Positions 1 through 9,926 are shown, counted from the stretch's first letter. The stretch: DNA of 64,000 bases from an uncultured Gemmatimonadales bacterium (GCA_963730185.1 CAVSQW010000007.1:694263-758262), one strand, 5' to 3'. Translations and numbers: made by a program. Notes: generated by a model not told the origin, from the letters alone.

Positions 1-1070
1 AACAGGAACGGCGTGGTAACGGTCGGCCGCCCCTGCCAGATGGTGGCCACCCACGCGAAGACCGACACCGCGCTCGGGATGGCGATGACCAGGCTCGCCC
101 CGCCGAAGAACGAAAGGGCGAGGGTCGAGAGCCCGGTGGCGAACATGTGGTGGGCCCAGACACCGAAACCGATGATCCCGACCGCGACCGTCGCGAGCGC
201 CACATAAGGGTAGGCCACCAGTGGCCGTCGGCAGAAGGTGGGCAGGATATCGGATGCGATGCTCATCGCCGGGAGGACGATGATGTAGACCCACGGGTGG
301 CCGAAGATCCAGAAGAGATGCTGCCAGAGCAGCGGCTGGCCACCGTGGGCGGCGTCGTAGAAGTGTGTCCCCGCGTGACGATCGAGGTAGAGTAGAAGAC
401 AGGCGGCGCTCAGGGCCGGGACGGCGAAGATGGCGGCGAACGAGCTGGTCAAGGTGCCCCACAAAAGGATCGGTACCCGGTCCAGGGTCATGCCCGGCGC
501 TCGCATCTTGAAAAAGGTGACGACGAAGTTGATGGCGCCGGCCGTGGTCGAGATGCCCAGGAACATCATTCCGAGCGCGAAGAAATCGATGTTGAGACGG
601 GGGAGATACTCGGACGACGCCAGCGGCACGTAGTTGAACCACCCCGCGTTGGGGGCGAGACCGAGGAGGAAGCTGCTGTAAAGAAAGATCCCGGCTCCAA
701 GGAACAGCCAAAAGCCGACGGCGTTGACCCGGGGGAGCGCCATGTCACGTGCGCCGACCATCAAGGGCCAGAGATAGTTGCTGAACCCGGACAGGACCGG
801 GAGGGCGAACAGGAACAGCATGGTCACGCCGTGCATCGTGAATAACTGGTCGTAGAGCTCCGGCGACACGACGCGGGTGCCGGCATGGGCCAGTTGAATC
901 CGGATGAGCAGCGCCTCGAGGCCGCCGACCACCAGAAAGACGAAGGCCGTCACCAGGTAGCGCAGGCCGATGATCTTGTGGTCCACCGTGCCGAGCGCGC
1001 CCAGCCACCCCGGGGGGGTCGTCCACCGATCTCGGAGCCGGTCGATCGCGGCCGAGTCGGGGCCCGTCAT
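1..1070 (-). CDS. ctaD: Heme-copper (cytochrome c) oxidase subunit I, 3' part outside window
   Basis: Manual translation from ATG at 1070 (overlaps subunit II stop): TVDHKIIG, FTMHGVTM, GARDMALPRVN, WQHLFWIFGHPWVY, VWAHHMF; absent from ORF track because it runs off the window edge. Confidence 0.95.
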   Translation of the reverse strand, partial: MTGPDSAAIDRLRDRWTTPPGWLGALGTVDHKIIGLRYLVTAFVFLVVGGLEALLIRIQLAHAGTRVVSPELYDQLFTMHGVTMLFLFALPVLSGFSNYLWPLMVGARDMALPRVNAVGFWLFLGAGIFLYSSFLLGLAPNAGWFNYVPLASSEYLPRLNIDFFALGMMFLGISTTAGAINFVVTFFKMRAPGMTLDRVPILLWGTLTSSFAAIFAVPALSAACLLLYLDRHAGTHFYDAAHGGQPLLWQHLFWIFGHPWVYIIVLPAMSIASDILPTFCRRPLVAYPYVALATVAVGIIGFGVWAHHMFATGLSTLALSFFGGASLVIAIPSAVSVFAWVATIWQGRPTVTTPFL

Positions 1071-2068
1071 CGGCGCTGTTCCAGGAAGGCCACCAGGGTG
1101 TCCACTTCGGACCGGGTCAATCCTGTCCGCGGCATCAGGACGCCCGGCTTGACGCTGTCCGGGCGGCGGAGCCAACGACCCAGATTGGCGGCGGTATTCG
1201 GCACTATCCCGGACGCCAAGCTGGAACGTTCCGCCAAGTGGGTGAGGTCCGGACCGGCCAGCCCGGCCGATGGGGCGCCGCCGACTCGATGACAAGCCAT
1301 ACACCCCCGCCGTCGCAGGAGGTCGACCACCTCAGGGTCCGGTGGCACGGCCTCGCGCTGGCGACGGGCCCAGGCTTGGTAGGCGTCCGGCGTCTGCACC
1401 ACCGCGACCAGGCGCATCAAGGCATGCGCCGGCCCGCAGAACTCGGCACACTGACCGACGTAGCGGCCGACCTGATTGGCTTCGATCCACATCTCGTTCC
1501 GTTGCCCCGGGATCAGGTCCGTCTTCCCGGCCAACTCCGGCACCCAGAAGCTGTGGATCACGTCACCGGCTTCGAGCTGGAGCCGTACCCGGGTCCCGAC
1601 CGGGAGGTGGAGCTCGTTTGCGGTCACGAAATCGGGCCGGCCTCCGGGATCAAGGTACTGGAGCGACCACCAGAACCGATGGCCGACCACCCGGACCGTG
1701 AGTGGGGCCCCGGCCGCTCCGCGGCCGGAGTCGATCAGGACCCGGAGGGAATAGATGAACGCGCCGAGCAGGATGAGGGTGGTGACGGCGGTGCCGCCGA
1801 CGATCCAGCGGCGGCTGCGGCGCTCGGTGGCCTCGAACCGGGCGAACCGGTCCGAAGCCGGCGGGTCCGGCGGTCGGCGGCGGAAGAGCGCGACCAGCAC
1901 CAGTCCAGAGACGATCACGACCACCAGGCTGGAGACGATCGTGAGGGTCAAGCCGAGTCGCGCGATGGCGTCGCTCGACGCGCCGTGGGAGGCAAAGATC
2001 GAGGGCGATCGAGCACAGCTCCCGACCAGGACGGGCACGACGAGGACTCCGGCCTTGCGTCCGTCCAC
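1067..2068 (-). CDS. ctaC: Cytochrome c oxidase subunit II with C-terminal cytochrome c (caa3 type); start approximate
   Basis: DVIHSFWVP, CuA motif CAEFCGPAHALM, heme c motif CMACH; ORF 1067..2245 trimmed to avoid overlap with cyt b. Confidence 0.93.
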   Translation of the reverse strand: MDGRKAGVLVVPVLVGSCARSPSIFASHGASSDAIARLGLTLTIVSSLVVVIVSGLVLVALFRRRPPDPPASDRFARFEATERRSRRWIVGGTAVTTLILLGAFIYSLRVLIDSGRGAAGAPLTVRVVGHRFWWSLQYLDPGGRPDFVTANELHLPVGTRVRLQLEAGDVIHSFWVPELAGKTDLIPGQRNEMWIEANQVGRYVGQCAEFCGPAHALMRLVAVVQTPDAYQAWARRQREAVPPDPEVVDLLRRRGCMACHRVGGAPSAGLAGPDLTHLAERSSLASGIVPNTAANLGRWLRRPDSVKPGVLMPRTGLTRSEVDTLVAFLEQRR

Positions 2069-2103
2069 AGTGCGACGCACCAGGCGGGCCCACTGACCGC
2101 CGC

Positions 2104-3537
2104 TCAACGGTGGGCCTCCGAGGGTCCGTCCCGGACCCGGGCGCCTCGTCGGCGGGTCGTCAGGAAGGCGACGAGCGCGTCCACCTCCGGAGCGCTCAGC
2201 AGGGCCCCGAAGGCCGGCATGTTGTAGCCACCGGTCTCCATCCACTGAGCCAGCTCCCCGGGGGGAAGTCGGTCACCGATGTCCGTCAGGTCCGGTCCAC
2301 GTCGCCCCCCGTACCCTTCGACGCGGTGGCAGAACTCACAGGCCCGATCATGGAAGAGTCGAGCCCCGTACCGCACCACGGAGTCGGCCGAGCGGACGAC
2401 GGTGCTCGGCAGCTGCGGCGCCGAGAAGTCGGGGGCCCAGGGCGCCAGCCCCCCGATCCACCAGAGCGAACCGACTCCGAGGACGACCGTCGCCACGGCC
2501 GCCCAAGCCCAGGGCCGACGGGCGGGGTGACGTTCGCCCCGGGGAAAGAGGAGGGGAAGCAGGATCAGACCGAGGGCCCCCAGCAGCGGCAGGAGCCAGA
2601 TTAGGAACCGTTCCGTTCCGTGCGGAAGCAGGGCCAGGAGGCCGAAGTACCAGAGCAGGTACCAATCGGGCCGCGGCTGGGCGTCGATGAGTGATGGGTT
2701 GGGAGGCTTGCCGAGCGCTTTGGGGCCGACGATCAGAGCGGCGGTGACGACCAAGGCCAGGACGGCCACGCCGAAGGCAACGTCGCGCCAGCCGGCATCC
2801 GGCCAAAAGGGGCGCCCCTCGCGTTCGAGCAAGGCCCGGTACTTGGCCCGGTAGGTCTTGGGATCGACCCCGTCGCCCCGGCGAGGTAGTTCGGAGATTC
2901 CGTGGCGGAGCACCAGATACAAATGAAGGCCGACGATCGAGGTGATCAGGATAGGCACCACGAACACGTGATAGGCGAAGAGATGGCTGAGCGTCGCGGT
3001 CCCGACGTTGGCACCGGCCAGGACGAATCGGGCCAGTGCGTGGCCGACTAGCGGAACCCGGCCCGCCTGTTCCGCGGCCACCACGGTCGACCACACGCCG
3101 TCCTGATCCCAGCGAAGGACCTGGCCGGTAAACCCCATCGCCACGGTCAAGCCGAGGAGGAGAACTCCAGACAGCCAGTTGAGCTCGCGGGGGAACTTGT
3201 AGGCCCCGGTGAGGAAGACCCGGAGGGCATGGAGGCCCACCAGCAGGATCATCGCGGAGGCGCCGAAGTAGTGCATCCCGCGGAGAAGCCGGCCGAAGAA
3301 GGCCTGATTGGTGATGAACTGAAGGCTCTGGTAGGCGTCACCCGAGGAGGGCACGTACATGGTGGCGAGGGCGGCGCCGGTCACGACCTGAAGCAGGAAG
3401 GCCATCAGGGTTGCGCTGCCGAACACGTATATCCATCCGGTATCCGGCGGCACCGGATGGTGGAGCAGGCGGTGGGTTGCTGCCCAGAGCCCAGTCCGAT
3501 CCTCGATCCAGGTGCGGAGCCGGTTGAGGAGGCTCAC
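2104..3537 (-). CDS. Cytochrome b (bc complex) with fused C-terminal cytochrome c
   Basis: LRGMHYFGAS, HLFAYHV and GLHL heme b His, Qo motif PDWY, heme c motif CEFCH. Confidence 0.93.
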   Translation of the reverse strand: MSLLNRLRTWIEDRTGLWAATHRLLHHPVPPDTGWIYVFGSATLMAFLLQVVTGAALATMYVPSSGDAYQSLQFITNQAFFGRLLRGMHYFGASAMILLVGLHALRVFLTGAYKFPRELNWLSGVLLLGLTVAMGFTGQVLRWDQDGVWSTVVAAEQAGRVPLVGHALARFVLAGANVGTATLSHLFAYHVFVVPILITSIVGLHLYLVLRHGISELPRRGDGVDPKTYRAKYRALLEREGRPFWPDAGWRDVAFGVAVLALVVTAALIVGPKALGKPPNPSLIDAQPRPDWYLLWYFGLLALLPHGTERFLIWLLPLLGALGLILLPLLFPRGERHPARRPWAWAAVATVVLGVGSLWWIGGLAPWAPDFSAPQLPSTVVRSADSVVRYGARLFHDRACEFCHRVEGYGGRRGPDLTDIGDRLPPGELAQWMETGGYNMPAFGALLSAPEVDALVAFLTTRRRGARVRDGPSEAHR

Positions 3538-3559
3538 GACGCGGCTCTCTCGGGCCGGG

Positions 3560-4063
3560 TCACGTGATCGGGATGGGACGGGTCTCGACCTCGACTCGTC
3601 CGGCGCGAACCCTGACCCGAAGCCGCTTCAACGGTTGCTCAGGTGGTCCGGCGGCGACCCGACCGTCTTGGTAGAAGACGCCGCCGTGGCAGGGACACAT
3701 GAAGAGTCGGGCGTCGCCGACCCAGCGAATCGGGCAGCCGAGGTGCGTACAATGGACGGAGAGGGCACTGAACGTCCCTTCGCTGTCTCGTCGGAGCCAG
3801 GCACCGGTGCGGGCGCTCACCCCTGACCAGGGCTGGGGCGACGGATCGTCGAATGCCACCTCGACCGTTCGACCGATCACGAAACCGTCGGTTGGTCCGA
3901 CATCCCGCCAGGCCCCTGGGACCCGCCGCCGAAGGGGGCCGAGGACAAAGCCGATGGCTGGAACCGCAACGAGGGCCGCGCCGATCGCGGCCAGGGCGGC
4001 CCCGAGTCGGGAGAAAAAGCGACGGCGATCGCCGGAGGGTTCGGACGCCGGGCCGATGGTCAT
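3560..4063 (-). CDS. Rieske 2Fe-2S subunit of cytochrome bc complex; start approximate
   Basis: Tat-like DRRRFF plus TM helix, CTHLGC and CPCHGG motifs. Confidence 0.93.
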   Translation of the reverse strand: MTIGPASEPSGDRRRFFSRLGAALAAIGAALVAVPAIGFVLGPLRRRVPGAWRDVGPTDGFVIGRTVEVAFDDPSPQPWSGVSARTGAWLRRDSEGTFSALSVHCTHLGCPIRWVGDARLFMCPCHGGVFYQDGRVAAGPPEQPLKRLRVRVRAGRVEVETRPIPIT

Positions 4064-4395
4064 CGGCTGGGGGGGAGGGACGGTGCAAGCAGGCAGGGAA
4101 GGCGGGCGGCCGTCCGGCGACCCGGGAGCGCTTGTCGAGATGGAATCGGCATGGGGTTCAGTCACCTCGTTTCCGGCTGCTTTTCGACCCGGAAAGGCAC
4201 ACAAGTACCGTGGCGGCATCCCCTTCTCGTCCGCACGCTGGAGCAACGATGACGTCAGCGTGGGGATTCGGATCGTATCTCGCTGGCCCGTCCGATGCAA
4301 GATTATGGTCGCCTCATCGTCACCCCAGAACCGGGGTGAGGCGCTATCTTCCGATCGACCGCGATCACTCCGACGACCTTCCGGAGGGCCACTGG

Positions 4396-5544
4396 ATGGG
4401 TACCGAGCTGGCAGGCCACGTCGGACGTCAGCTCGCGGCTCGCGCTTCCACAATTACCCGGCAGTGGATCGACCTCCTGGTCCGGCATCTCGGCGAAGCG
4501 CGAGCCCAAGTGCTGCCCGGCGCCACGCTGCTGAACCACGTCCCCGCCATCATCCAGGATCTGGCCCGCTTTGTCGGAGACCCGCAGATTGCCGACCCGC
4601 TCAGGCCCGCGACCCAGGCGGACCTCGGTCGACTCGCGGATCTCAGGCGGCGACGGGGCACCACCCTGGAGGAGATCCTGAGAGAGTTCGGGATGCTGTC
4701 CGCCCTGGTGGAGGATGCCATCGCCGAGGGGATCGCCTCGTTTGAGGGGAAGGCTGGGCGGAAGGAAATCGTCCGGCTGGTCGGGCGGGCCAAGGACGCC
4801 GTCTTCGTGCTCGGCTCGGAGGCCGCGAGTCACTACCGGGCCTGGGTGGTGCGACGGCGAGCCGAGCGGTTACGGGTGCTCGAGGGCTATTCGGCCATGC
4901 TCTCGCACGAGTTGGGGAATCGGTTAGGCGCGGCGGAGACAGCAGTCCGAGTGCTCATGGGGCAGTTGGAGGTGCCACCGGAGCGGCGCCAACGGCTTCA
5001 CGATCTGATCCTCCATTCGGTTCGGAGCGGCCTCGAAACCGTCGAGGCCGTGAGCACGCTGTTCCGAGCGCGGGACGAGGCCTCTGGGGGGGGCGCTCGG
5101 ACCCTGCCCCTCGATGTCGTCCTCGGCGATGCCGTCCATCAGCTTCGCGTTCGGGCCGGCGCCCGTCAGATCCGGCTCGAGCTGGTCGGCCCGGTGCCGT
5201 CCCAACTCGTCGATGCGGAGCGGTTTCCGCTGGTGCTCTATAACCTGGTCACGAACGCCGTCCGGCATCATGACCGCCCCGGGGGGCGGGTCAGGATCGC
5301 AGTCGAAGAGGAACCCCATGTCCTCGCCATCGTCGTCGCGGACGACGGACCGGGGATCGCCGAGGCCATGCGCGGACGGATCTTCGAGCCGCGGGCTCGG
5401 GGGGCGACCGAGGAGGAGGGAGCTGGCCTTGGGCTCGCGATCGCGAGGGAGGCGGCCGAACAGATGGGGGGGGCGATCGAGCTCGTTCCCAGCACGGGGA
5501 GAGGCTCGACCTTTCGACTGACCATCCCGTGCCGGCTGGAGTGA
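4396..5544 (+). CDS. Cytoplasmic sensor histidine kinase with RsbRD_N-like N-terminal domain
   Basis: H-box SHELGNRL, N-box YNLVTNA, DDGPGI, GAGLGL; N-term LLNHVPAII...RRRRGTTLEEILREF resembles RsbRD_N. Confidence 0.88.
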   Translation: MGTELAGHVGRQLAARASTITRQWIDLLVRHLGEARAQVLPGATLLNHVPAIIQDLARFVGDPQIADPLRPATQADLGRLADLRRRRGTTLEEILREFGMLSALVEDAIAEGIASFEGKAGRKEIVRLVGRAKDAVFVLGSEAASHYRAWVVRRRAERLRVLEGYSAMLSHELGNRLGAAETAVRVLMGQLEVPPERRQRLHDLILHSVRSGLETVEAVSTLFRARDEASGGGARTLPLDVVLGDAVHQLRVRAGARQIRLELVGPVPSQLVDAERFPLVLYNLVTNAVRHHDRPGGRVRIAVEEEPHVLAIVVADDGPGIAEAMRGRIFEPRARGATEEEGAGLGLAIAREAAEQMGGAIELVPSTGRGSTFRLTIPCRLE

Positions 5545-5583
5545 GTCCCGGCCGCGGAGGTGAGCTTGAGCCTCGGCCGTTGA

Positions 5584-6999
5584 TTAGATGCCGTACTTGC
5601 GCCGCCGGCGCCAGAGCGTCGAGGGCGCGACGCCCAGCACCTCCGCGGCCTGTTCGACCGAGTCGGTCACCGCCATGACGTGGCGGAGGTAGCGTTCCTC
5701 GAGCCCGTTCAGGGTCGGCAAGGCGGCGGGGTCGCTCGCCCCGATTTGTTGCAGCAGATCTCCCGAGCCGGTCCGGGGCAGGGCGCCGACGCCGATCTCC
5801 TGGCGCCGTTCCAGGATCACGGCCCGCTCCACCGCGTTTTGCAGTTCCCGAACGTTGCCGGGCCAGCGCTGTTCGGTCAGGGCCACCCGGGCTTCGGGGG
5901 CAAAGCCGGTAATCGGCTTGCCATAGCGGCGGGCGAAGAAGTGGAGAAAGCGCTCGGCGAGCGGGACGACATCCTCAGGGCGCTCCCGCAGGGGGACCAG
6001 CTCGATCTGGATCACATTGAGCCGATAGTAGAGATCGTCGCGGAAGGCGTCTTCCCCGACGGCCCGGTGGAGGTCGCGGTTGGTTGCCGCGATGAGCCGA
6101 ACATCGGCGTGGCGCGGCTCGGGATCGCCAACCCGTTCGTATTCCCGATCTTGCAGGAACCGCAGCAGGCGCGGCTGGAGATCGAGGTCGAGCTCGCCGA
6201 CTTCGTCGAGCAACAGCGTGCCGCCGTCGGCATATTCGATCTTCCCGGCCCGGGTGTCAGTCGCCCCGGTGAAGGAGCCCTTGACATGTCCGAAGAGCTC
6301 GCTTCGGAGGAGCTCGGCCGAAAGCGCCGGGCAATTGACGGTGGCAAAGGGGTGGGCGGCTCGCGCGCTCCACCCGTGCATTGCCCGGGCGAGCACGCCC
6401 TTGCCGGTGCCGCTCTCGCCGGTGAGGAGGACGGTGGCGTCGGTCGGGGCCACGTCCGCCGCCAGCGCGATGGCTCGGGCCATCGCGGGATTCGCCGTCT
6501 CGAGGAGCGGAGTGGGATGGGAGTCCTTCGCGTCGTCTTCCATGGCGCGCATCCGGCTGGCCAGCCGCCGCCGTTCGATCGCCCGGCCGACCAACAGTTC
6601 CAGCTCGTCGGGCGCGACCGGCTTGGCGAGGTAGTCGAAGGCCCCTCGCCGCATGGCTTCGACGGCTGTGGCGATCGAGCCGTGGGCCGTGATCATGGCG
6701 ACCAGCAACTCCGGGTCGGCGTCGAGCAACAGCGGCAGGAGGTCCAGCCCGGACTCGCCCCCGAGCCGGAGGTCGACCAGCGCCAAGTCAAAGCGATGTC
6801 GGGCGACGGCCACCCTTGCGTGCTCGCCCCCGGAGGTGGTGGTAATCAGATGCCCGCCGGGCTCGAGGCAGAGTCGCATGGCCTCCTGAACGGCGGGCTC
6901 GTCATCGACGATCAGGATCCGGGCGCTGCCCGGGGCGGGTCGTCCGTCCGCGGGCTCGAGTGGTTGCGCCGGTGTCGGGGATGAGTTCGGGGACGTCAT
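5584..6999 (-). CDS. Sigma54-dependent response regulator (NtrC/AlgB-like: REC-AAA+-HTH)
   Basis: ILIVDDE receiver, GESGTGKG, GSFTGA, WPGNVRELQN, C-terminal Fis-type HTH. Confidence 0.95.
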   Translation of the reverse strand: MTSPNSSPTPAQPLEPADGRPAPGSARILIVDDEPAVQEAMRLCLEPGGHLITTTSGGEHARVAVARHRFDLALVDLRLGGESGLDLLPLLLDADPELLVAMITAHGSIATAVEAMRRGAFDYLAKPVAPDELELLVGRAIERRRLASRMRAMEDDAKDSHPTPLLETANPAMARAIALAADVAPTDATVLLTGESGTGKGVLARAMHGWSARAAHPFATVNCPALSAELLRSELFGHVKGSFTGATDTRAGKIEYADGGTLLLDEVGELDLDLQPRLLRFLQDREYERVGDPEPRHADVRLIAATNRDLHRAVGEDAFRDDLYYRLNVIQIELVPLRERPEDVVPLAERFLHFFARRYGKPITGFAPEARVALTEQRWPGNVRELQNAVERAVILERRQEIGVGALPRTGSGDLLQQIGASDPAALPTLNGLEERYLRHVMAVTDSVEQAAEVLGVAPSTLWRRRRKYGI

Positions 7000-8531
7000 G
7001 ACGAGCTCCCGGGCTGGCGCTCAGATCCCTTGGCCCCGAGCGAATGGTGGAGCTTCGGGGTACGATCGGGCCGAACGGGTGTCGGAACATGGGCTGGGCG
7101 CGAATCGTGCTCAAGAGGGGCCGGGTCGCCGGCCTGGAACGCGAGTGGGCTCTCGGGCTCGCTCCCGGCGTCGGCGGGCTCCCCGCCAGCCGACCACAAG
7201 ACCAGAACGCCGCCGAGTCCCGCCGCCAGCGTGGACGCGAGAATCGCCAGCTTCGTCGCTTCGAGAGTCGGCCCCTGGAAGGCGAGCTTGGCGATGAAGA
7301 GCGCAACGGTGAAACCGATGCCGGCGAGCACCGAGACGCCGGCGACGTGCCGCCAGGTGAGCGAGGCCGGAAGGTGGACCAGATCGAGGCGCACCCCGAT
7401 CCAGCAGGCAGCGAGCACCCCGATCGGCTTGCCGAGGACGAGTCCCGCAGCCACCCCGCGGGCGGCTGGGTTCTGGATTGCCGGCCCGAGGGTCGCGGGT
7501 GAGACGACCGCGCCAGCGGTGGCCAGGGCGAAGAGGGGGAGCACCACGTAGCTCACCCAGGGACGGAGCCGGCGGCCGAGCCGCTCGGAAAGCGGCTCAG
7601 ACCCGGTCACCATTGCTTCCAGGCCACCCAGAACCACTGCTCGGCGCCGAGTGTCGGCTCGGTCGAGCCCGGTCAACGCCGATCGGGCCATCGGGACGAC
7701 TTCGCCCGGGTCGAAGAGCGACCGGGTCGGGATCAGCAGGCCGAGTGCGACCCCAGCGACTACGGGGTTGATTCCCGCGGCGAGCGTGGCGATCCAGAGT
7801 GCCAGCCCGAGGATCACGTAGAGGCTCAGGAGGCGAGGGCCGGTCCGAGCCAGGAGGCCGGCGGCGCCGATCAGGACGACGGCAACGCCGAGCCAGGGGA
7901 GGGATACGCGGCTGCCATAGAAGACGGCGATAAGCAGCACCCCGCCTATGCTGTCCGCCGCCGCAAACCCGAGCAGAAGCGCCTTGAGGGCCTGCGGGAC
8001 CCGGTTCCCCAGCAGCAGCAACACTGCGAGGGAGAAGGGCACGTCGGTTGCGACCGGGATCCCAAAGCCGGCTCGCAGGGGCCCATCTCCGGAGACCAGC
8101 AGGTAGAGCGCGGCAGGGATCAGCATTCCGCCGACGGCCGCGAGCAGTGGAAGCGCCGCTCGTTTGGGGCTGTCGAGATGGCCATCCTGGACTTCGTGGC
8201 GGATATCGAGGCCCAGAGTCAGGAAGAAGAGCGGTAACGCCGCCACGTCGATCACCCGGCGGAGGGTGACGACGGCGGTCAGCGAGCCGATCCCGACCGT
8301 GAGCGACGTGTTCCAGAGCGCGGCGTAGCTGGCTGCCCAAGGAGAGTTGGCCCAGACGAGCGCGACGGTGGCGGCGCCGATGATGGGGACGCCGGCCGTC
8401 TCCGCGATCCGGATCCGCCGGGCGATCGGCACGCTGACCGCTCGGGTGAAGATCGAGCGCTCGGCTCGGCGCGCCAGCCTGCCGCCGATCCGGCCCGGGA
8501 GATCAAGGCCCACCTCCCGCACCCGGCTCAC
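6996..8531 (-). CDS. nhaA: Na+/H+ antiporter NhaA family
   Basis: AAVGGMLIPA, GIPVATDVPF, PLFALA, LGKPIG, LAGIGFTVALFI. Confidence 0.88.
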   Translation of the reverse strand: MSRVREVGLDLPGRIGGRLARRAERSIFTRAVSVPIARRIRIAETAGVPIIGAATVALVWANSPWAASYAALWNTSLTVGIGSLTAVVTLRRVIDVAALPLFFLTLGLDIRHEVQDGHLDSPKRAALPLLAAVGGMLIPAALYLLVSGDGPLRAGFGIPVATDVPFSLAVLLLLGNRVPQALKALLLGFAAADSIGGVLLIAVFYGSRVSLPWLGVAVVLIGAAGLLARTGPRLLSLYVILGLALWIATLAAGINPVVAGVALGLLIPTRSLFDPGEVVPMARSALTGLDRADTRRRAVVLGGLEAMVTGSEPLSERLGRRLRPWVSYVVLPLFALATAGAVVSPATLGPAIQNPAARGVAAGLVLGKPIGVLAACWIGVRLDLVHLPASLTWRHVAGVSVLAGIGFTVALFIAKLAFQGPTLEATKLAILASTLAAGLGGVLVLWSAGGEPADAGSEPESPLAFQAGDPAPLEHDSRPAHVPTPVRPDRTPKLHHSLGAKGSERQPGSSS

Positions 8532-8535
8532 CCTG

Positions 8536-9639
8536 TCATCCGCCTTCGACGCGGAATCGGAGCCGGGCCCCCACGCCCCCGCCGGCCGTTGCGAGCCGGT
8601 TGGCTGCCGGCCCGGTCACTTCGAGGCACTCGGCCTGTTGGGCCAGCGCTTCGACGACGAGGACGTCGGTCCGGTCACCGTGTTCCCGCCGATAGCCATC
8701 GGTGAAGACGAGGAGGCCAACCCGCCGTTCCCTGAGGGCCCGGGCCACGGCGGTCTCGCCCAGGCAGGCGTCGCCGCCACTGCCGGCCGCATCGATGAGC
8801 AGGTCGGTCGTTCTTGCCTGGCGTGTCTCCGCCCATTCCGCCCCGGCCCGGTCCAGCGCGTCTCGGAGCTCCGCGTCAGTGAGGTCGAGGCTGAGCTCCG
8901 GCCGCTCCCAGCGACGGGTCGACTCGAGGCCCTCCTCGAGCGACCGGCCCAGCGATGCCACAGCTTCGGGCGTGCCACCCATCACCACCAGTCCATGATC
9001 CCCGGCCGCGGCGTGGACCTCGTCCCGGACCCGGCTCATAAGACGATCCCGTTCGACGGCCAGGTAGGTCTGGGCCTGGTCGGTCCCGGTCAGGCCACGC
9101 CGCCCGGTCGCTTCCACAGCTCGCTTCGAGCTACTGACGTCAGTCAGGTCGCCGAGGATCGTGTCGGCCTGCAACCGATCGATGTCGTCGAACGAGCCCG
9201 CCCGGTAGCGGACGATCCGGGCTCGTCTCGCATCGACGAAGACGCCGACGACCGGGCGGGCTCGCTCGAGCACCTGCAGATAGGGTGCGATCCTGGGGCC
9301 TCGACCCCAGCGGACCAGGTTCGACATCCGGACAGGGAGATCCTCGGCGTGAATCACCTTCTCGGCGGTCGCGAAACCGACCCAGCCCCGGCCCCGAAGA
9401 AAGCCATTCGGATCGGGAGCGAGCGACTCGTTGAGGTGGGTCCGGGCTGCGGCCAGCAGGCGTCCCTCGGCTGTGGACAGGTGTTCAGCCGCGGCTCGGA
9501 TCCCGTTGGCGAGCACCACCCTCCATCGCTCCCGCTCGCCGAAGTCACGCTGATCGGCGTCGAGGTACACGGTCAGCATTGGGGTGTCGTGGTACCACCG
9601 GTAGTGACTCTGAAGTTGATCCAGCGTGAGCATGAGCAT
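8536..9639 (-). CDS. Bacterial aeRF1-like protein (baeRF; possible ribosome-associated stress/hibernation factor)
   Basis: N-term LTVYLD, central VFVDARRARIV, C-term GETAVARAL and GGVGARLRF typical of eRF1 domains 2/3. Confidence 0.7.
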   Translation of the reverse strand: MLMLTLDQLQSHYRWYHDTPMLTVYLDADQRDFGERERWRVVLANGIRAAAEHLSTAEGRLLAAARTHLNESLAPDPNGFLRGRGWVGFATAEKVIHAEDLPVRMSNLVRWGRGPRIAPYLQVLERARPVVGVFVDARRARIVRYRAGSFDDIDRLQADTILGDLTDVSSSKRAVEATGRRGLTGTDQAQTYLAVERDRLMSRVRDEVHAAAGDHGLVVMGGTPEAVASLGRSLEEGLESTRRWERPELSLDLTDAELRDALDRAGAEWAETRQARTTDLLIDAAGSGGDACLGETAVARALRERRVGLLVFTDGYRREHGDRTDVLVVEALAQQAECLEVTGPAANRLATAGGGVGARLRFRVEGG

Positions 9640-9681
9640 TCCTCGTTGACGACGGGCCTAGCGTCATATCACCGCTCACGC

Positions 9682-9697
9682 GGCAAGCTTCACGCCT
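9682..9697 (-). promoter_or_regulatory. Sigma54 -24/-12 promoter candidate for aeRF1-like/nhaA/activator operon
   Basis: AGGCGTGAAGCTTGCC (GG-N10-GC) about 45 bp upstream of ATG. Confidence 0.55.
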
Positions 9698-9845
9698 CGG
9701 AGGTGGCGGGTCCCGTCTCTTCCCCGTCGTCGGGCCCACCGCTCCAGTGATGAGCCCACCAGCGTCGACCGTGCAGCGAGCCACAATGTGAAACACGACG
9801 CCGAGCCGAGCCGGAGCGATTCGGGCCGCCCTCGGGCCCCACGCC

Positions 9846-9861
9846 CGGTACGTGCCTTGCG
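9846..9861 (+). promoter_or_regulatory. Sigma54 -24/-12 promoter candidate for DoxX gene
   Basis: CGGTACGTGCCTTGCG (GG-N10-GC). Confidence 0.6.
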
Positions 9862-9926
9862 ACCCCATGCCTTGCGACCCCATGAGCCCACCGAACGACA
9901 CCAATCTTCGACCGGAGGCTAGCCCG

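Noticed and set aside
4196..4210. Sigma54 promoter for the Rieske operon (CGGTACTTGTGTGCC, minus strand)
   Set aside because: GG-GC spacing is 9 nt rather than 10; would need a sequencing deletion
9853..9884. Short tandem duplication TGCCTTGCGACCCCA
   Set aside because: Two copies only; likely local slippage or read artefact
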